This document shows, in pieces, positions 38,438-48,665 of a stretch of DNA of 64,000 nt (its first letter is position 1; each line of letters begins with the position of its first letter). The stretch lies in assembly GCA_964473455.1 (NCBI GenBank), contig CAYYQX010000004.1:27965-91964 (forward strand), written 5' to 3'. The translations under genes and the position numbers were made by a program. Origin of the DNA: an uncultured Muribaculaceae bacterium. GTDB taxonomy: Bacteria > Bacillota_I > Bacilli_A > RF39 > UBA660. The notes under the pieces were generated by a model. The model made no database searches and was not told where the DNA came from. It saw nothing but the letters and a program-made list of their open reading frames with translations.

Positions 38438-41400
38438 ATGTTTAAAATGTTAAGCAGTCAAAAAGTAAATGAAGTAGAAGAATCTATCTTAAAAAAATGG
38501 GAAGCAGAAGATATACTAAATAAAACAATTGAAAACCGTAGTAAAGATAAAAACTTTGTTTTTTATGATGGACCTGCAACAGCCAATGGTTTTCCTGGCC
38601 TACACCACATGATGGCTAAATTTTTAAAAGATACTTTTTGTAAATATAAAACAATGCAAGGGTATCGAGTTTTAAGAAAAGTGGGTTGGGATACTCATGG
38701 TCTTCCAGTAGAAGTAGAAGTAGAAAAAAAACTAGGTTTTAACAGTAAAAATGAAATTGAAAAATATGGTATTAAAGAGTTCAATGAAGAATGTAGGAAA
38801 ATAGTTTGGCAAAATGAAGAAGCTTTTTCTAATTTAACAAAAAAAATGGGACAATTTATTGATCTTGATAATCCATATGTAACGTATGACAATAATTATA
38901 TTGAAACAGAATGGTATATACTAAAAAGATTTTTTGAAGAAGGCTTGTTTTATGAAGGCGTCAAAATCCTTCCATATTGTCCTAGATGTGAGACAGGACT
39001 AGCTAGCCACGAAGTAGCCCAAGGCTATAAAGAAATAGCTGTAGAAACAGTCATTGTTCCAATGAAGAAAAAAGATGAAGATGTTTATTTTTTGGTTTGG
39101 ACTACAACTCCTTGGACTCTTCTTGCCAATGTTGCAATTTGCGTTAATCCAAATGAAGAATATGTTAAAGTGGAAAGTAAAGGGCTAAAGTTCATTCTAG
39201 CTGAAAAACTAACTAAAACTGTTTTAGGAGAAGAATATACAGTCTTAGAAAAGTACAAAGGAAAAGAACTTGAAAACATTGAATACGAACAACTATTACC
39301 TTTCTTAAAAGTTGATAGAAAAGCTTTTTATGTGACATGTGATTCTTACGTTACAATGGAAGATGGAACAGGAATAGTTCATATAGCTCCCTCTTTTGGT
39401 GAGGATGATTCTAAGGTTGCTAAAAAATATAATTTACCTTATTTAAATCCAGTAGGCGAAGATGGAAAATACACTGAAGGGCCTTTTAAAGGTATGCTTG
39501 TATTTGATGCGGATGTTGAAGTTATAAAATACTTAAGAGAAAATAACAAACTATTTAAAAAGCAGAGAATGATGCATAATTATCCACATTGTTGGAGATG
39601 TGGGACCCCTTTAATATATTATTCAAAACCAAGTAAATATTTAGAAGTAACAAAAATAAAAGACAAAATTATTGAAGCCAACAATACAGTTAATTGGTAT
39701 CCTGCTTATGTTGGAGAAAAAAGATTTGGGAATTGGTTAGAAAACCTTAATGATTGGGCAATATCTAGAAATAGATACTGGGGAACACCACTTCCTCTTT
39801 GGACTTGTTCTTGTGGTCATAAAGAAATGATTGGTTCAAGGCAAGAACTAATAGAAAAAGCAATTGAAAAAATAGATGATACAATCGAATTACATAGGCC
39901 TTATGTTGATGAAGTCCATTTGAGATGTTCTAAATGTGGTGGGGTTATGACTAGAACAACAGATGTAATAGACTGTTGGTTTGATTCGGGTTCGATGCCT
40001 TTTAGTCAGTATCACTATCCTTTTGAAAACAAAAAATTATTTGAAAATCAATTTCCAGCTGACTTCATCTGTGAAGGAATAGATCAAACAAGAGGATGGT
40101 TTTACTCTCTTCTTGTTATAGCTGTGTTTTTAAAAGGAGTTAGTCCATATAAAAACGTTTTAGTAAATGATTTATTGTTAGACAGTGAAGGAAAAAAGAT
40201 GTCTAAGAGTAAAGGAAATATAGTTGAACCTTTCACAACTATGAAAGAATACGGTGCGGATACAGTAAGATGGTATTTACCATATGTTTCTCCTGTTTGG
40301 ACACCTTTAAAGTTTGACTTAGAAGGATTAAAAGAAGTGTATTCAAAGTTCTTTAATCCGCTTAAAAATTCCTATAATTTTTTTGCTATATACGCTAATA
40401 CAGATGAAATAAACATTGATGAATGTAATTGTAGTTATGATGAACTAGAAGAAATAGATAAATGGATGATTTCAAAATACAATAGACTAGTAAAATATGT
40501 AACAGAAGCATATGAGGAATATGATTTGAATAAAGTTGTTCGCGCAGTAACAGACTTTACTTCAGAAGATTTATCTAACTGGTATATTAGGAGAAATAGA
40601 AAAAGATTTTGGGGAAGTACTTTAGACAACAGTAAAAAAGCCGTTTATAAAACAACATATGATGTGCTAGTTGGCATCTCAAAATTAATCGCTCCAATCG
40701 CGCCTTTTATATCAGAAGAAATATATATGAATTTAACAAATGAAGTTTCAGTTCATCTTGCTGACTTTCCAAAATACGATGAAAAGTTAATAGACAATCA
40801 TATTGAAAAGAGAATGGACTTAGTTAGAAACTTAATCAGTATTGGTAGAAAAGCCAGAGAAGACTTGAAAATCAAAGTAAGGCAGCCTCTTTCCCTAGCT
40901 ATATTAGATGGTAATAACAAGGGTTTGATTGAAGACTTAGTGCCTCTAATAAAAGAAGAATTAAATCTTAAAGAAGTTGTTTTTGAACACGACTTAGGAA
41001 AATATATGAACTTTAAAGTTGTTCCAAACTTTAAGGTTGTTGGTAAAGAATTAGGCTCTAAAGTAAAAGCTTTTACCGAAATCTTAAATCAAATAGACTT
41101 AATTAGTATTAATAAACTTAATAATAATGAAACTATTACTGTTGATTTAGAAGGTGAGGTCAATGTTACAAAAGAAATGGTTGAAATTAGAATATCTTCT
41201 AAAGAGGGCTTTAATGTTGGAATGGAAGGCAATAACTTTTTAATTTTAAATACAGACTTAACAGAAGAGCTAATCCTTGAAGGAAATGCCAGAGAAATCG
41301 TTTCAAAAGTTCAACAAATGAGGAAAAGTAAAGACTTTAATGTCATAGATAGAATAAATATTTTTTATAGGAGTGACGTTGAAATAGATAAAACTTTTAT

Positions 41401-41527
41401 GCAGTTTGAAAATTATATTAAAGAAGAAACTTTAGCTCTTAATATAATTAAAAAAGAACAGTTAAGTCTTATGGAAGACATTAATGGGCATGAAGTTTAT
41501 TTAGATGTTGAAAAAGTAGAAAAATAA
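38438..41527 (+). CDS. ileS: Isoleucine--tRNA ligase
   Basis: 1029 aa. Class I motifs (PGLHHM HIGH-variant; KMSKSKGN). Editing domain. C-terminal zinc-less type-2-like extension. Terminator hairpin gtagaaaa...ttttctac at the stop. Confidence 0.95.
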   Translation: MFKMLSSQKVNEVEESILKKWEAEDILNKTIENRSKDKNFVFYDGPATANGFPGLHHMMAKFLKDTFCKYKTMQGYRVLRKVGWDTHGLPVEVEVEKKLGFNSKNEIEKYGIKEFNEECRKIVWQNEEAFSNLTKKMGQFIDLDNPYVTYDNNYIETEWYILKRFFEEGLFYEGVKILPYCPRCETGLASHEVAQGYKEIAVETVIVPMKKKDEDVYFLVWTTTPWTLLANVAICVNPNEEYVKVESKGLKFILAEKLTKTVLGEEYTVLEKYKGKELENIEYEQLLPFLKVDRKAFYVTCDSYVTMEDGTGIVHIAPSFGEDDSKVAKKYNLPYLNPVGEDGKYTEGPFKGMLVFDADVEVIKYLRENNKLFKKQRMMHNYPHCWRCGTPLIYYSKPSKYLEVTKIKDKIIEANNTVNWYPAYVGEKRFGNWLENLNDWAISRNRYWGTPLPLWTCSCGHKEMIGSRQELIEKAIEKIDDTIELHRPYVDEVHLRCSKCGGVMTRTTDVIDCWFDSGSMPFSQYHYPFENKKLFENQFPADFICEGIDQTRGWFYSLLVIAVFLKGVSPYKNVLVNDLLLDSEGKKMSKSKGNIVEPFTTMKEYGADTVRWYLPYVSPVWTPLKFDLEGLKEVYSKFFNPLKNSYNFFAIYANTDEINIDECNCSYDELEEIDKWMISKYNRLVKYVTEAYEEYDLNKVVRAVTDFTSEDLSNWYIRRNRKRFWGSTLDNSKKAVYKTTYDVLVGISKLIAPIAPFISEEIYMNLTNEVSVHLADFPKYDEKLIDNHIEKRMDLVRNLISIGRKAREDLKIKVRQPLSLAILDGNNKGLIEDLVPLIKEELNLKEVVFEHDLGKYMNFKVVPNFKVVGKELGSKVKAFTEILNQIDLISINKLNNNETITVDLEGEVNVTKEMVEIRISSKEGFNVGMEGNNFLILNTDLTEELILEGNAREIVSKVQQMRKSKDFNVIDRINIFYRSDVEIDKTFMQFENYIKEETLALNIIKKEQLSLMEDINGHEVYLDVEKVEK

Positions 41528-41569
41528 AGTTTTCTACTTTTGTGATATTATATTGATAAGGAGGAATAT

Positions 41570-41962
41570 ATGAATAAAAAAGTAAAAGACTTTACAAATG
41601 AATTTAAAACTTTTATTTCTAAAGGCAACGTTTTAGACTTAGCTGTTGCAGTTATTTTAGGAGGAGCTTTTGGAAAGATAATAACATCTCTTGTTAATGA
41701 TGTTATTATGCCAATTATTGGAATCATATTAGGAGGAATTCATTTTTCTAATTTGTCTATTAGTGTAGGTGGCGCAAACATTATGTATGGTTCTTTCATT
41801 CAACAAATAGTTGATTTCTTAATTATTGCTTTTTGTATATTTGTTTTAGTTAAAGCCCTAAATAAAGTACAAAAGAAAAAAGAAGTAAAAAAAGAAGCGG
41901 AAAAAGAAGAAGTAACTTTATTAAAAGAAATAAGAGATTTATTAAAAAACAAAAAAGCCTAA
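41570..41962 (+). CDS. mscL: Large-conductance mechanosensitive channel MscL
   Basis: [40 protein letters not shown] is the canonical MscL N-terminus and TM1. K/E-rich C-terminal helix. Confidence 0.9.
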   Translation: MNKKVKDFTNEFKTFISKGNVLDLAVAVILGGAFGKIITSLVNDVIMPIIGIILGGIHFSNLSISVGGANIMYGSFIQQIVDFLIIAFCIFVLVKALNKVQKKKEVKKEAEKEEVTLLKEIRDLLKNKKA

Positions 41963-42619
41963 TTAGGCTTTTTCTATTGTAATAGTATAAAAACTTTTTC
42001 CTCGATATTTATTTTCAAAAAAATCATCACTACTATTGTAGGTAAATACAGTTAAAGTAATAGGGGACTTTACTTGACTTATGTCAGTGCTTGGAACATA
42101 TAACTTTATGTTTGTCAAAAGAGTAGTACTATTAAATCCACTCATTTCAACATGGCTATACCTTGCTCCTTTTGTTTGATGTAAGCTGTCATATAAATAA
42201 ATGAAAATATAAGGTGAAAAATAATACATATCACTTGGATCTAGAACAGTTTTTTCTAAGAAAGTTCCATCATTTAAATAAAAGGAAATATAGTAACCAA
42301 TCTTATAATTATCAATGTTAGGATAATTGGAGTATTTTGCCCAAGCATCTTGATAATAGGAATAACTTATATGTTCTTCATTTGAGTAAATAGCGGTAAA
42401 TGTTGCAATGTCAGTTTGTGGTGTTAAAGGGGTTTTATAATTAGTAATTAAATTTCCACTTTTATATAATCCAACTGTTATAGGATTTAAATCAATATAA
42501 GTAGAGTCGGGGAATATAATTTGTTCATTAGTTTCTTTTTTCTCACTACTATTAAAATAAAGTAAAATGCCAGAACCAATAAATAAAATAATTATCCAAA
42601 ATATAAGTAACTTTTTCAT
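41963..42619 (-). CDS. Hypothetical exported or membrane-anchored protein (218 aa, Tyr/Asn/Ser-rich)
   Basis: N-terminal signal/TM (LLIFWIIILFIGSGILLYF). Shares a bidirectional terminator (aaaagcctaattaggcttttt) with mscL. RBS ggtgag. Confidence 0.5.
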   Translation of the reverse strand: MKKLLIFWIIILFIGSGILLYFNSSEKKETNEQIIFPDSTYIDLNPITVGLYKSGNLITNYKTPLTPQTDIATFTAIYSNEEHISYSYYQDAWAKYSNYPNIDNYKIGYYISFYLNDGTFLEKTVLDPSDMYYFSPYIFIYLYDSLHQTKGARYSHVEMSGFNSTTLLTNIKLYVPSTDISQVKSPITLTVFTYNSSDDFFENKYRGKSFYTITIEKA

Positions 42620-42674
42620 TCTCTCACCGTATATATTATATCTTAAAATAGAGAAACGTGCTATAATTAATTAG

Positions 42675-44045
42675 GTGATAAAATTGATACAAGTAGATTC
42701 AAGAAGAATAAAAAAAGGCGATACTTTTGTAGCTCTAAGAGGTATATCAGGAGATGGACATAAGTTCATTGAAACAGCTATTAATAATGGAGCAGTTAAA
42801 GTAATAGCTGAAGAGGGTAATTATAGTGTTGAGACTTTAATAGTAGAAGATACTAGAAAATACTTAACTGATTATTTAACAACAACTTATAAAACAATGC
42901 TTGAAGATATGACAATAATAGGCATAACAGGCACAAACGGGAAATCAACTACAGCGCATCTTATTTATCAAGCACTAAATTTAATGGGTAAAAAATGTTC
43001 TTATATTGGAACAATTGGGTTTTTTATTGCAGACAGAAAAATTGAACTTCCAAGTTTACCTAATACAACACCAGATATTTTAGAACTATATCAAATGTTT
43101 GAAGAAAGCTATAATAATGGTTATAAATATGTTGCAATGGAAGTTAGCAGTCAAGCTTTAGCTGTTGATAGAGTAAAAAAAATTAAATTTGACTATACTA
43201 TTTTTACAAACATTTCAGAAGAACATCTTAATCTACACGGAACTATGGAAAAATATATTCAAGCAAAACAAATTTTGTTTAAAGAATTTAACAGTGTTGC
43301 TTTAATTAACTATGATGATTTAGAAAAAGACAAATTTGTATTTGCCAATAATAAAAATTTTTTCTTTGGTTTTAATGGTGGAGATTTAAAAATAAGTAAT
43401 TATGGATTAGAAAGTGATAAAACGACAATTGAATATATTTATCAAAATAAAACATATAAAATCGCAAGTAACTTAATTGGTAAATATAATATATATAATA
43501 TGATTGCGACTATTTTGTTATTAATAAAATTAAACATCAATATTGATGAAATAAATAGAGTAGTGCAAGAGCTAAAGTCACCAGAAGGCAGAATGGAAAA
43601 AATAAGCTATAAAAACAATTTAATTATTATTGATTATGCTCATACACCAAAAGGCCTAAAAAGTTTACTTGACACAATTCAAAATGTTAATCATAACAAC
43701 ACATATGCAGTTTTTGGTTGTGCGGGAGAAAGAGATCGTAGTCAAAGAAGCGTTATGGCAAACACTATAATGGCAAACGTCACTAAATTAATTATTACTA
43801 ATGATGATCCTCATGAAGAAGATCCAAATCAAATTGTAAGCGATATGGTAAAAGAAGGACGTCATAATAATTATGAAATTTGCTTAGATAGAAGTAAGGC
43901 TATTGAAAAAGCTATTGCACTTTTAAAAGGAAATGATATCTTATTAATTCTTGGTAAAGGTCATGAAGAGTATATGATAGTAGGTAAAGAAAAAGTTCCT
44001 TTTAATGATAAAAAAGAGGTTGTAAAGTACATTAACAATATTTAG
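42675..44045 (+). CDS. murE: UDP-N-acetylmuramoyl-L-alanyl-D-glutamate--diamino-acid ligase MurE
   Basis: DSRRIKKGDTFVALRG, GITGTNGKSTT P-loop and C-terminal FGCAGERDRSQR...TNDDPHEEDP. GTG start only 7 codons before the DSR motif and 7 nt after a TATAAT; no RBS is visible, so the transcript may be leaderless or the start uncertain. Confidence 0.8.
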   Translation: MIKLIQVDSRRIKKGDTFVALRGISGDGHKFIETAINNGAVKVIAEEGNYSVETLIVEDTRKYLTDYLTTTYKTMLEDMTIIGITGTNGKSTTAHLIYQALNLMGKKCSYIGTIGFFIADRKIELPSLPNTTPDILELYQMFEESYNNGYKYVAMEVSSQALAVDRVKKIKFDYTIFTNISEEHLNLHGTMEKYIQAKQILFKEFNSVALINYDDLEKDKFVFANNKNFFFGFNGGDLKISNYGLESDKTTIEYIYQNKTYKIASNLIGKYNIYNMIATILLLIKLNINIDEINRVVQELKSPEGRMEKISYKNNLIIIDYAHTPKGLKSLLDTIQNVNHNNTYAVFGCAGERDRSQRSVMANTIMANVTKLIITNDDPHEEDPNQIVSDMVKEGRHNNYEICLDRSKAIEKAIALLKGNDILLILGKGHEEYMIVGKEKVPFNDKKEVVKYINNI

Positions 44046-44098
44046 AAAATATTGTTTTTTCTTTGATTTTGTGATATGGTTTTACTATAGGAGGAATA

Positions 44099-44410
44099 AT
44101 GAAAAGTAGAAAGGGAATGTGGGAACTAATCATCTTACTATTGTTATTAGTAGGCTGTGCGGTGTATTACTTTATTTATCTTGAAACTAGAGATGAAAAC
44201 TTAGTAAATGAATTAGATAATCATTTTGAAGAAATAAATACAATTGTAGAAGAAGATGAAGTAATTGATGAAGATACAACAGGAGAAATAGATAGCGAAT
44301 TAACAGAAGATGAAGTAGATTTAGATAATGTTGAAGCGAGTTTAGATTCATTATTGAACAGTTTAGATGATATTGAAACAGAAGAAGAAAATATAGGAAA
44401 TGAGGAATAA
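44099..44410 (+). CDS. Hypothetical TM-anchored acidic protein (103 aa)
   Basis: N-terminal TM WELIILLLLLVGCAVYYFIYL followed by a D/E-rich tail. RBS aggagga. Confidence 0.45.
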   Translation: MKSRKGMWELIILLLLLVGCAVYYFIYLETRDENLVNELDNHFEEINTIVEEDEVIDEDTTGEIDSELTEDEVDLDNVEASLDSLLNSLDDIETEEENIGNEE

Positions 44411-44419
44411 GGAGGAAAT

Positions 44420-44932
44420 ATGAAAAAGAAAGGTTTAATTTTAATAGGATTATTATTATTTGTGGCAATGCCTATCGTTTATGCCCAAAACACTAGTGCT
44501 GGAAGCGACAATGGAAATTCGGTAACTGCAGGGAATGAAAATGCCGGAAGTGAAAATGGAAATTCTGATACAACTTCTGGTAATTCTAGTCAAGAACTGA
44601 AAGATTTAAGAGTTATAATTAGAACTCAAGCTCAAGAATTAACAGCTTTGAGAATTCAATTACAGGCAAAGATTGTTGAACAAAAACAAGTTTTAACACA
44701 ATATAGAAATCAAGAGAGTCTAACGACAGAACAAAGAGCCGAAGTAAAAGCTATGATTCAAACTATGAGCCAGTTTCGCGAACAGTTAAACCAAGAATAT
44801 CAAAATGCTACTAAAGCATTAAATTCATATAGAATTGGGGCAGCCGAAGATAAAGTTGCAGCTCTAAACGGAATAATAGAATCACAACAAGCAAGAAAAA
44901 CTTTACTAACAAATATAATTAATAGTTTATAA
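44420..44932 (+). CDS. Hypothetical secreted coiled-coil protein (170 aa)
   Basis: Signal peptide LILIGLLLFVAMPIVYAQ, then a G/N/S-rich segment, then a Q-rich coiled coil. RBS aggagga. Bidirectional terminator aaacgagtatttactcgttt follows. Confidence 0.45.
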   Translation: MKKKGLILIGLLLFVAMPIVYAQNTSAGSDNGNSVTAGNENAGSENGNSDTTSGNSSQELKDLRVIIRTQAQELTALRIQLQAKIVEQKQVLTQYRNQESLTTEQRAEVKAMIQTMSQFREQLNQEYQNATKALNSYRIGAAEDKVAALNGIIESQQARKTLLTNIINSL

Positions 44933-44942
44933 AAACGAGTAT

Positions 44943-45893
44943 TTACTCGTTTTTTAATATATCTTTAATTTTTTCTGTGTTTTTAAAATTCAATTTTGCT
45001 ATTTCATTTAACTTATCAAAGCCAAACGTTTTAACAATTTTAGCCCCAACTTCATCTACTAAGTTACTGGCTCCTTTGGGAATAGCAATACCTAAATCTT
45101 TACTTATTTTGTTACACTCTTGAATAAATATAAATCTACTAATAATTGATGCTGCCGCAACACTTAAACACTTATCTTCACCTTTAGTAAGAAAAGTTAT
45201 TCCTCTTACAATGTTACTGCTTTCTTTCAAATAGTTATAGTAAACAAAGGGTTTTGCAAACTCATCGACTACAATATAATCATACACATAATCTTTATTG
45301 ATTAAATTACTTAAAACATTATTGTGCAGAATAGCTTTTAATTTATTCATGTTGTTTTCTTTACTGTATTTTTTATTATATTCACTGTTTGATAAAACAA
45401 GACTACTATAAGGAATTTGTTTAATTAATTTAGGAACTATTTCTAGTATTTTTTCATCTGTTAATTTTTTAGAATCTTTAATACCTAAATTTTCTAAAGA
45501 TTTAATATCTTCTTTTTTGACATAACAACTAGTTACAACAATAGGTCCAAAAAAATCTCCTGTTCCAACTTCATCAGATCCAATTGTACTAGCGTAATAT
45601 ACTTGAATTTCTTTTTTCAATTCTTCTTTTTTTTCTTTTTTATCTTCACTGTTTTTAACATCGACTTTTTTGTCTGGATTAAGGTGTTTTTCCATTTCCA
45701 TCCACATATTAGCGTCAATGTCAGCAGACAAACCTTGAAACACAGCTTTATTAGATTCATATAGTGTCACAACGGTGTCTTCTTCATCAGCTTGAAAAAG
45801 AGCATAAGCTGGTGTTTTAAGTCTTTTTTTATCTTGAAAATACTTCATCATTTTCTCTTTAGTATTGTCGCTAATTTTTAAAGTTATAGTCAT
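44943..45893 (-). CDS. rnhC: Ribonuclease HIII
   Basis: RNase HII/HIII catalytic core (DEVGTGDFFGPIVV; DSKKL) with the ~90-aa N-terminal extension typical of RNase HIII. rnhC-cvpA neighbourhood as in B. subtilis (rnhC-zapA-yshB). Confidence 0.8.
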   Translation of the reverse strand: MTITLKISDNTKEKMMKYFQDKKRLKTPAYALFQADEEDTVVTLYESNKAVFQGLSADIDANMWMEMEKHLNPDKKVDVKNSEDKKEKKEELKKEIQVYYASTIGSDEVGTGDFFGPIVVTSCYVKKEDIKSLENLGIKDSKKLTDEKILEIVPKLIKQIPYSSLVLSNSEYNKKYSKENNMNKLKAILHNNVLSNLINKDYVYDYIVVDEFAKPFVYYNYLKESSNIVRGITFLTKGEDKCLSVAAASIISRFIFIQECNKISKDLGIAIPKGASNLVDEVGAKIVKTFGFDKLNEIAKLNFKNTEKIKDILKNE

Positions 45894-45968
45894 ATTATGT
45901 CAACTCCTACTTTAATTTTAGCACATTTTTTACAAAATATGCTACAATAATAATAGAGGTGAATTTAT

Positions 45969-46685
45969 ATGAATATAGTTGATGCTGGAATCATTATATT
46001 ACTTATGCTTGGAGCTGTGCTTGGATTCAAAAGAGGCATCACTAAACAAATCGCAATAGGAATTGGTTCTGTTGGCATAATTGTTTTGGCTTTTATGTTA
46101 AAAACACCAGTGTCCAATTTTTTATATCAAAGGTTACCATTTTTTGATTTTTGGGGAATATTTAAAGGCGTAACTGCCCTTAATATTCTACTATACGAAG
46201 TAATAGCTTTTTTAATAGTACTAGCGGCTCTTTCTATCGTTTTAAAATTTGTGATTTTCGCAACTAGTGTGTTTGAAAAACTATTAAATGCCACTATCGT
46301 TCTTGGAATTCCATCTAAAATACTAGGTATGGTTGTTGGAATTGTACAATACTATATTATTGTCTTTGCTATTTTGTTCGTAATTAGCTTACCCATTATT
46401 AATTTAGATTTTATTAGTCAATCAAAATGGAAAGATACAATTTTAAATAATACGCCAGTACTTACGACAATATCTAAAGATACAACAGTTGTGTTTGACG
46501 AATTTAAGGGATTAAAAGAAAAATATGAGGCCGATTCTAGTTCAAATGAATTTAACTTAGAAGCAATGGATTTGTTTTTAAAGTATAATGTAATAGAAGT
46601 AGAGTCAGTTGAGTCTTTAATGGAAAAAGGTAAAATTAACATTGACGGATTAGATGAAGTATTAGAAAAATATAGGGAGGAATAA
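45969..46685 (+). CDS. cvpA: CvpA family membrane protein (colicin V production protein homolog)
   Basis: MNIVDAGIIILLMLGAVLGFKRGITKQ is the typical CvpA N-terminus. 4 TM helices. Acidic C-terminal tail. Confidence 0.75.
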   Translation: MNIVDAGIIILLMLGAVLGFKRGITKQIAIGIGSVGIIVLAFMLKTPVSNFLYQRLPFFDFWGIFKGVTALNILLYEVIAFLIVLAALSIVLKFVIFATSVFEKLLNATIVLGIPSKILGMVVGIVQYYIIVFAILFVISLPIINLDFISQSKWKDTILNNTPVLTTISKDTTVVFDEFKGLKEKYEADSSSNEFNLEAMDLFLKYNVIEVESVESLMEKGKINIDGLDEVLEKYREE

Positions 46686-46687
46686 AT

Positions 46688-46987
46688 ATGATAAAACATG
46701 TAAATGAAAAAGAATTTAGAGAAGAAGTAAAAGGAGAATTAGTTTTAGTAGACTTTTTTGCTGATTGGTGTATGCCGTGCAAAATGCTTGGCCCAATTTT
46801 AGAAAAAATGGCAAATGATTATAACATAATTAAAGTAAATATTGATGAAAATCAAAGCTTAGCGCAAGAACTAGGTATCATGAGTATACCAACATTAATG
46901 ATTTATAGTAAGGGTAATGTAATGGATACAAAGATGGGTTTAATGCCTGAAGAAGAAATTAAATCTTGGTTAGAAAAAAACAAATAA
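46688..46987 (+). CDS. Thioredoxin family protein
   Basis: VLVDFFADWCMPCKM active site (WCxPC) and the cis-Pro context SIPTL. 99 aa. Confidence 0.8.
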   Translation: MIKHVNEKEFREEVKGELVLVDFFADWCMPCKMLGPILEKMANDYNIIKVNIDENQSLAQELGIMSIPTLMIYSKGNVMDTKMGLMPEEEIKSWLEKNK

Positions 46988-47066
46988 AAAGTGTAAACCT
47001 TGACAAGTTTACTTGCAATTAAACGGTTTTTTTGAGATTATGTATTATAGAAATGGGGTAATTATT

Positions 47067-48215
47067 ATGCCGACTACTGAAGAAATAGAAATAGAAAAAG
47101 CAAAAGAAGAAGCAAAAGAAAAAGAAAGATTAGCTAGAATTGCAAAAATGGAAGCAGAAATAAAAGAGAGGCTTAAAAAAGCAGCCGACTTTAAAGAAAG
47201 CATGCAAAGGAAGTTAGATTCAGTTAAAGACAAAATCGCACCAGAATTGTTAAACAATCCTAGATTTTTAAAAGCTTTTAATGGGGAGTTAGAAGGTATT
47301 GGCTACTTTAGTGGCAGAGACACAAGTTATTTGACTAATGTTGTTGTTTCAGCAGATGGGAAGTCAGTTACTATTGATTCTGGTCAAACTTATCCAAATA
47401 AACAAAGCAATCCTGAATTAAGTGATAACGCTGAATATAGTTCAACAACCATCTCTTTAGGTGAAAAAAATGATATGCAGGTTGTTAGTTCAAAAGGAAC
47501 CTTATATCATGTAGATGGTTATAAGAAAGCTGTTACAGATCCAACAAAAAAAGCAGAGTATGCTCGTTTAGAAAGTGAAGGCTTTAAGACTATATTGGTT
47601 ACAAACTATCGTCAAGAAATTTACGATCAAAATGGTATTGAATATTCGATAAGCGATTTTTCAGATCAATATCCATTTAAAGACGAGTATAGGGATATAA
47701 TCTTAAATAAAGAAATTTTAACTTATTCTCATAAACCAACATTTTCCTCTGGCCTTCTACCTGGATTACCAAATCATACTTGGAGCGCAAGCGCGCAAAC
47801 CATTAGCCGTACCGATGAAAATCTTGGAGTTTGTACTGTCTTAAAGGGAGAAGGAATGAATTCTAATGGCAATAAAGGTGTAAAATATAGCCAAGGAATT
47901 TATCCTGTAAATACAGAATATCCAGAAAACTTAAGTGTAATTCCAAATCCTTTAATGATTGGTCAAGGTAACGGAGCTTATGTTGGAACTGATTATGCCG
48001 GAACTACTGGGCAAAGAATGGAAGATGTATTAAAAGATGCGGCTTTATCTTTTGAAGAAAATTTAGAAACTTCTAAAACAAAAGAATATTCCCCAGAAAC
48101 ATATCGAGTTTTAAAAAATAAGTTAGCTATTGCAAATGCACAATATCGTACTAGTAGTAATATCCAACCAGTTGTCGAAGAAGCAGAAATGGCTAACGCA
48201 GGAGCGCAAAGATAA
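47067..48215 (+). CDS. Hypothetical protein (about 383 aa; N-terminal K/E coiled coil plus an unrecognised globular domain)
   Basis: ATG at 47067 (MPTTEEIEIEKAK...). The ORF track starts at a TTG at 47013 in the same frame. GC is higher than the flanking genes. Terminator gcgcaa...ttgcgc plus T-run at the stop. Confidence 0.5.
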   Translation: MPTTEEIEIEKAKEEAKEKERLARIAKMEAEIKERLKKAADFKESMQRKLDSVKDKIAPELLNNPRFLKAFNGELEGIGYFSGRDTSYLTNVVVSADGKSVTIDSGQTYPNKQSNPELSDNAEYSSTTISLGEKNDMQVVSSKGTLYHVDGYKKAVTDPTKKAEYARLESEGFKTILVTNYRQEIYDQNGIEYSISDFSDQYPFKDEYRDIILNKEILTYSHKPTFSSGLLPGLPNHTWSASAQTISRTDENLGVCTVLKGEGMNSNGNKGVKYSQGIYPVNTEYPENLSVIPNPLMIGQGNGAYVGTDYAGTTGQRMEDVLKDAALSFEENLETSKTKEYSPETYRVLKNKLAIANAQYRTSSNIQPVVEEAEMANAGAQR

Positions 48216-48352
48216 ATTGCGCTTTTTTAAACAAAATTCTTGCAATAAGTCTTTATATACTGTATATTAGTTATGTACTTAAATCTTGGATTAAACATTT
48301 CTCCAATATTTATTCTAGGATCTAAGCAAATTATTATTGAAAGGAGAAACAA

Positions 48353-48622
48353 ATGGCTTTAACAAAAGACAAAACAAGTGAAATTGTTAAGAATTTTTCT
48401 AAAGATGAAAAAAACACTGGATCTATTGAAGTACAAATCGCTCTTTTAACAGAAAAGATTAATGCTTTAACAGCCCACATGACTTTACACAAAAGTGATT
48501 TTCACTCTAGAAGAGGTCTTGAAAAAATGGTAAGTAAAAGAAAAAGTTTACTACAATACTTATTAACAACAGATCTTGCAAAATACAGAATTGTAATAAA
48601 AAAACTAGGATTAAGAAAATAA
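48353..48622 (+). CDS. rpsO: 30S ribosomal protein S15
   Basis: [15 protein letters not shown]...[21 protein letters not shown]...[11 protein letters not shown]. rpsO-pnp arrangement. Terminator gacactctttttagtgtc follows. Confidence 0.95.
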   Translation: MALTKDKTSEIVKNFSKDEKNTGSIEVQIALLTEKINALTAHMTLHKSDFHSRRGLEKMVSKRKSLLQYLLTTDLAKYRIVIKKLGLRK

Positions 48623-48665
48623 AGTTGGACACTCTTTTTAGTGTCTTTTATTTTGAGGAGTAAAA

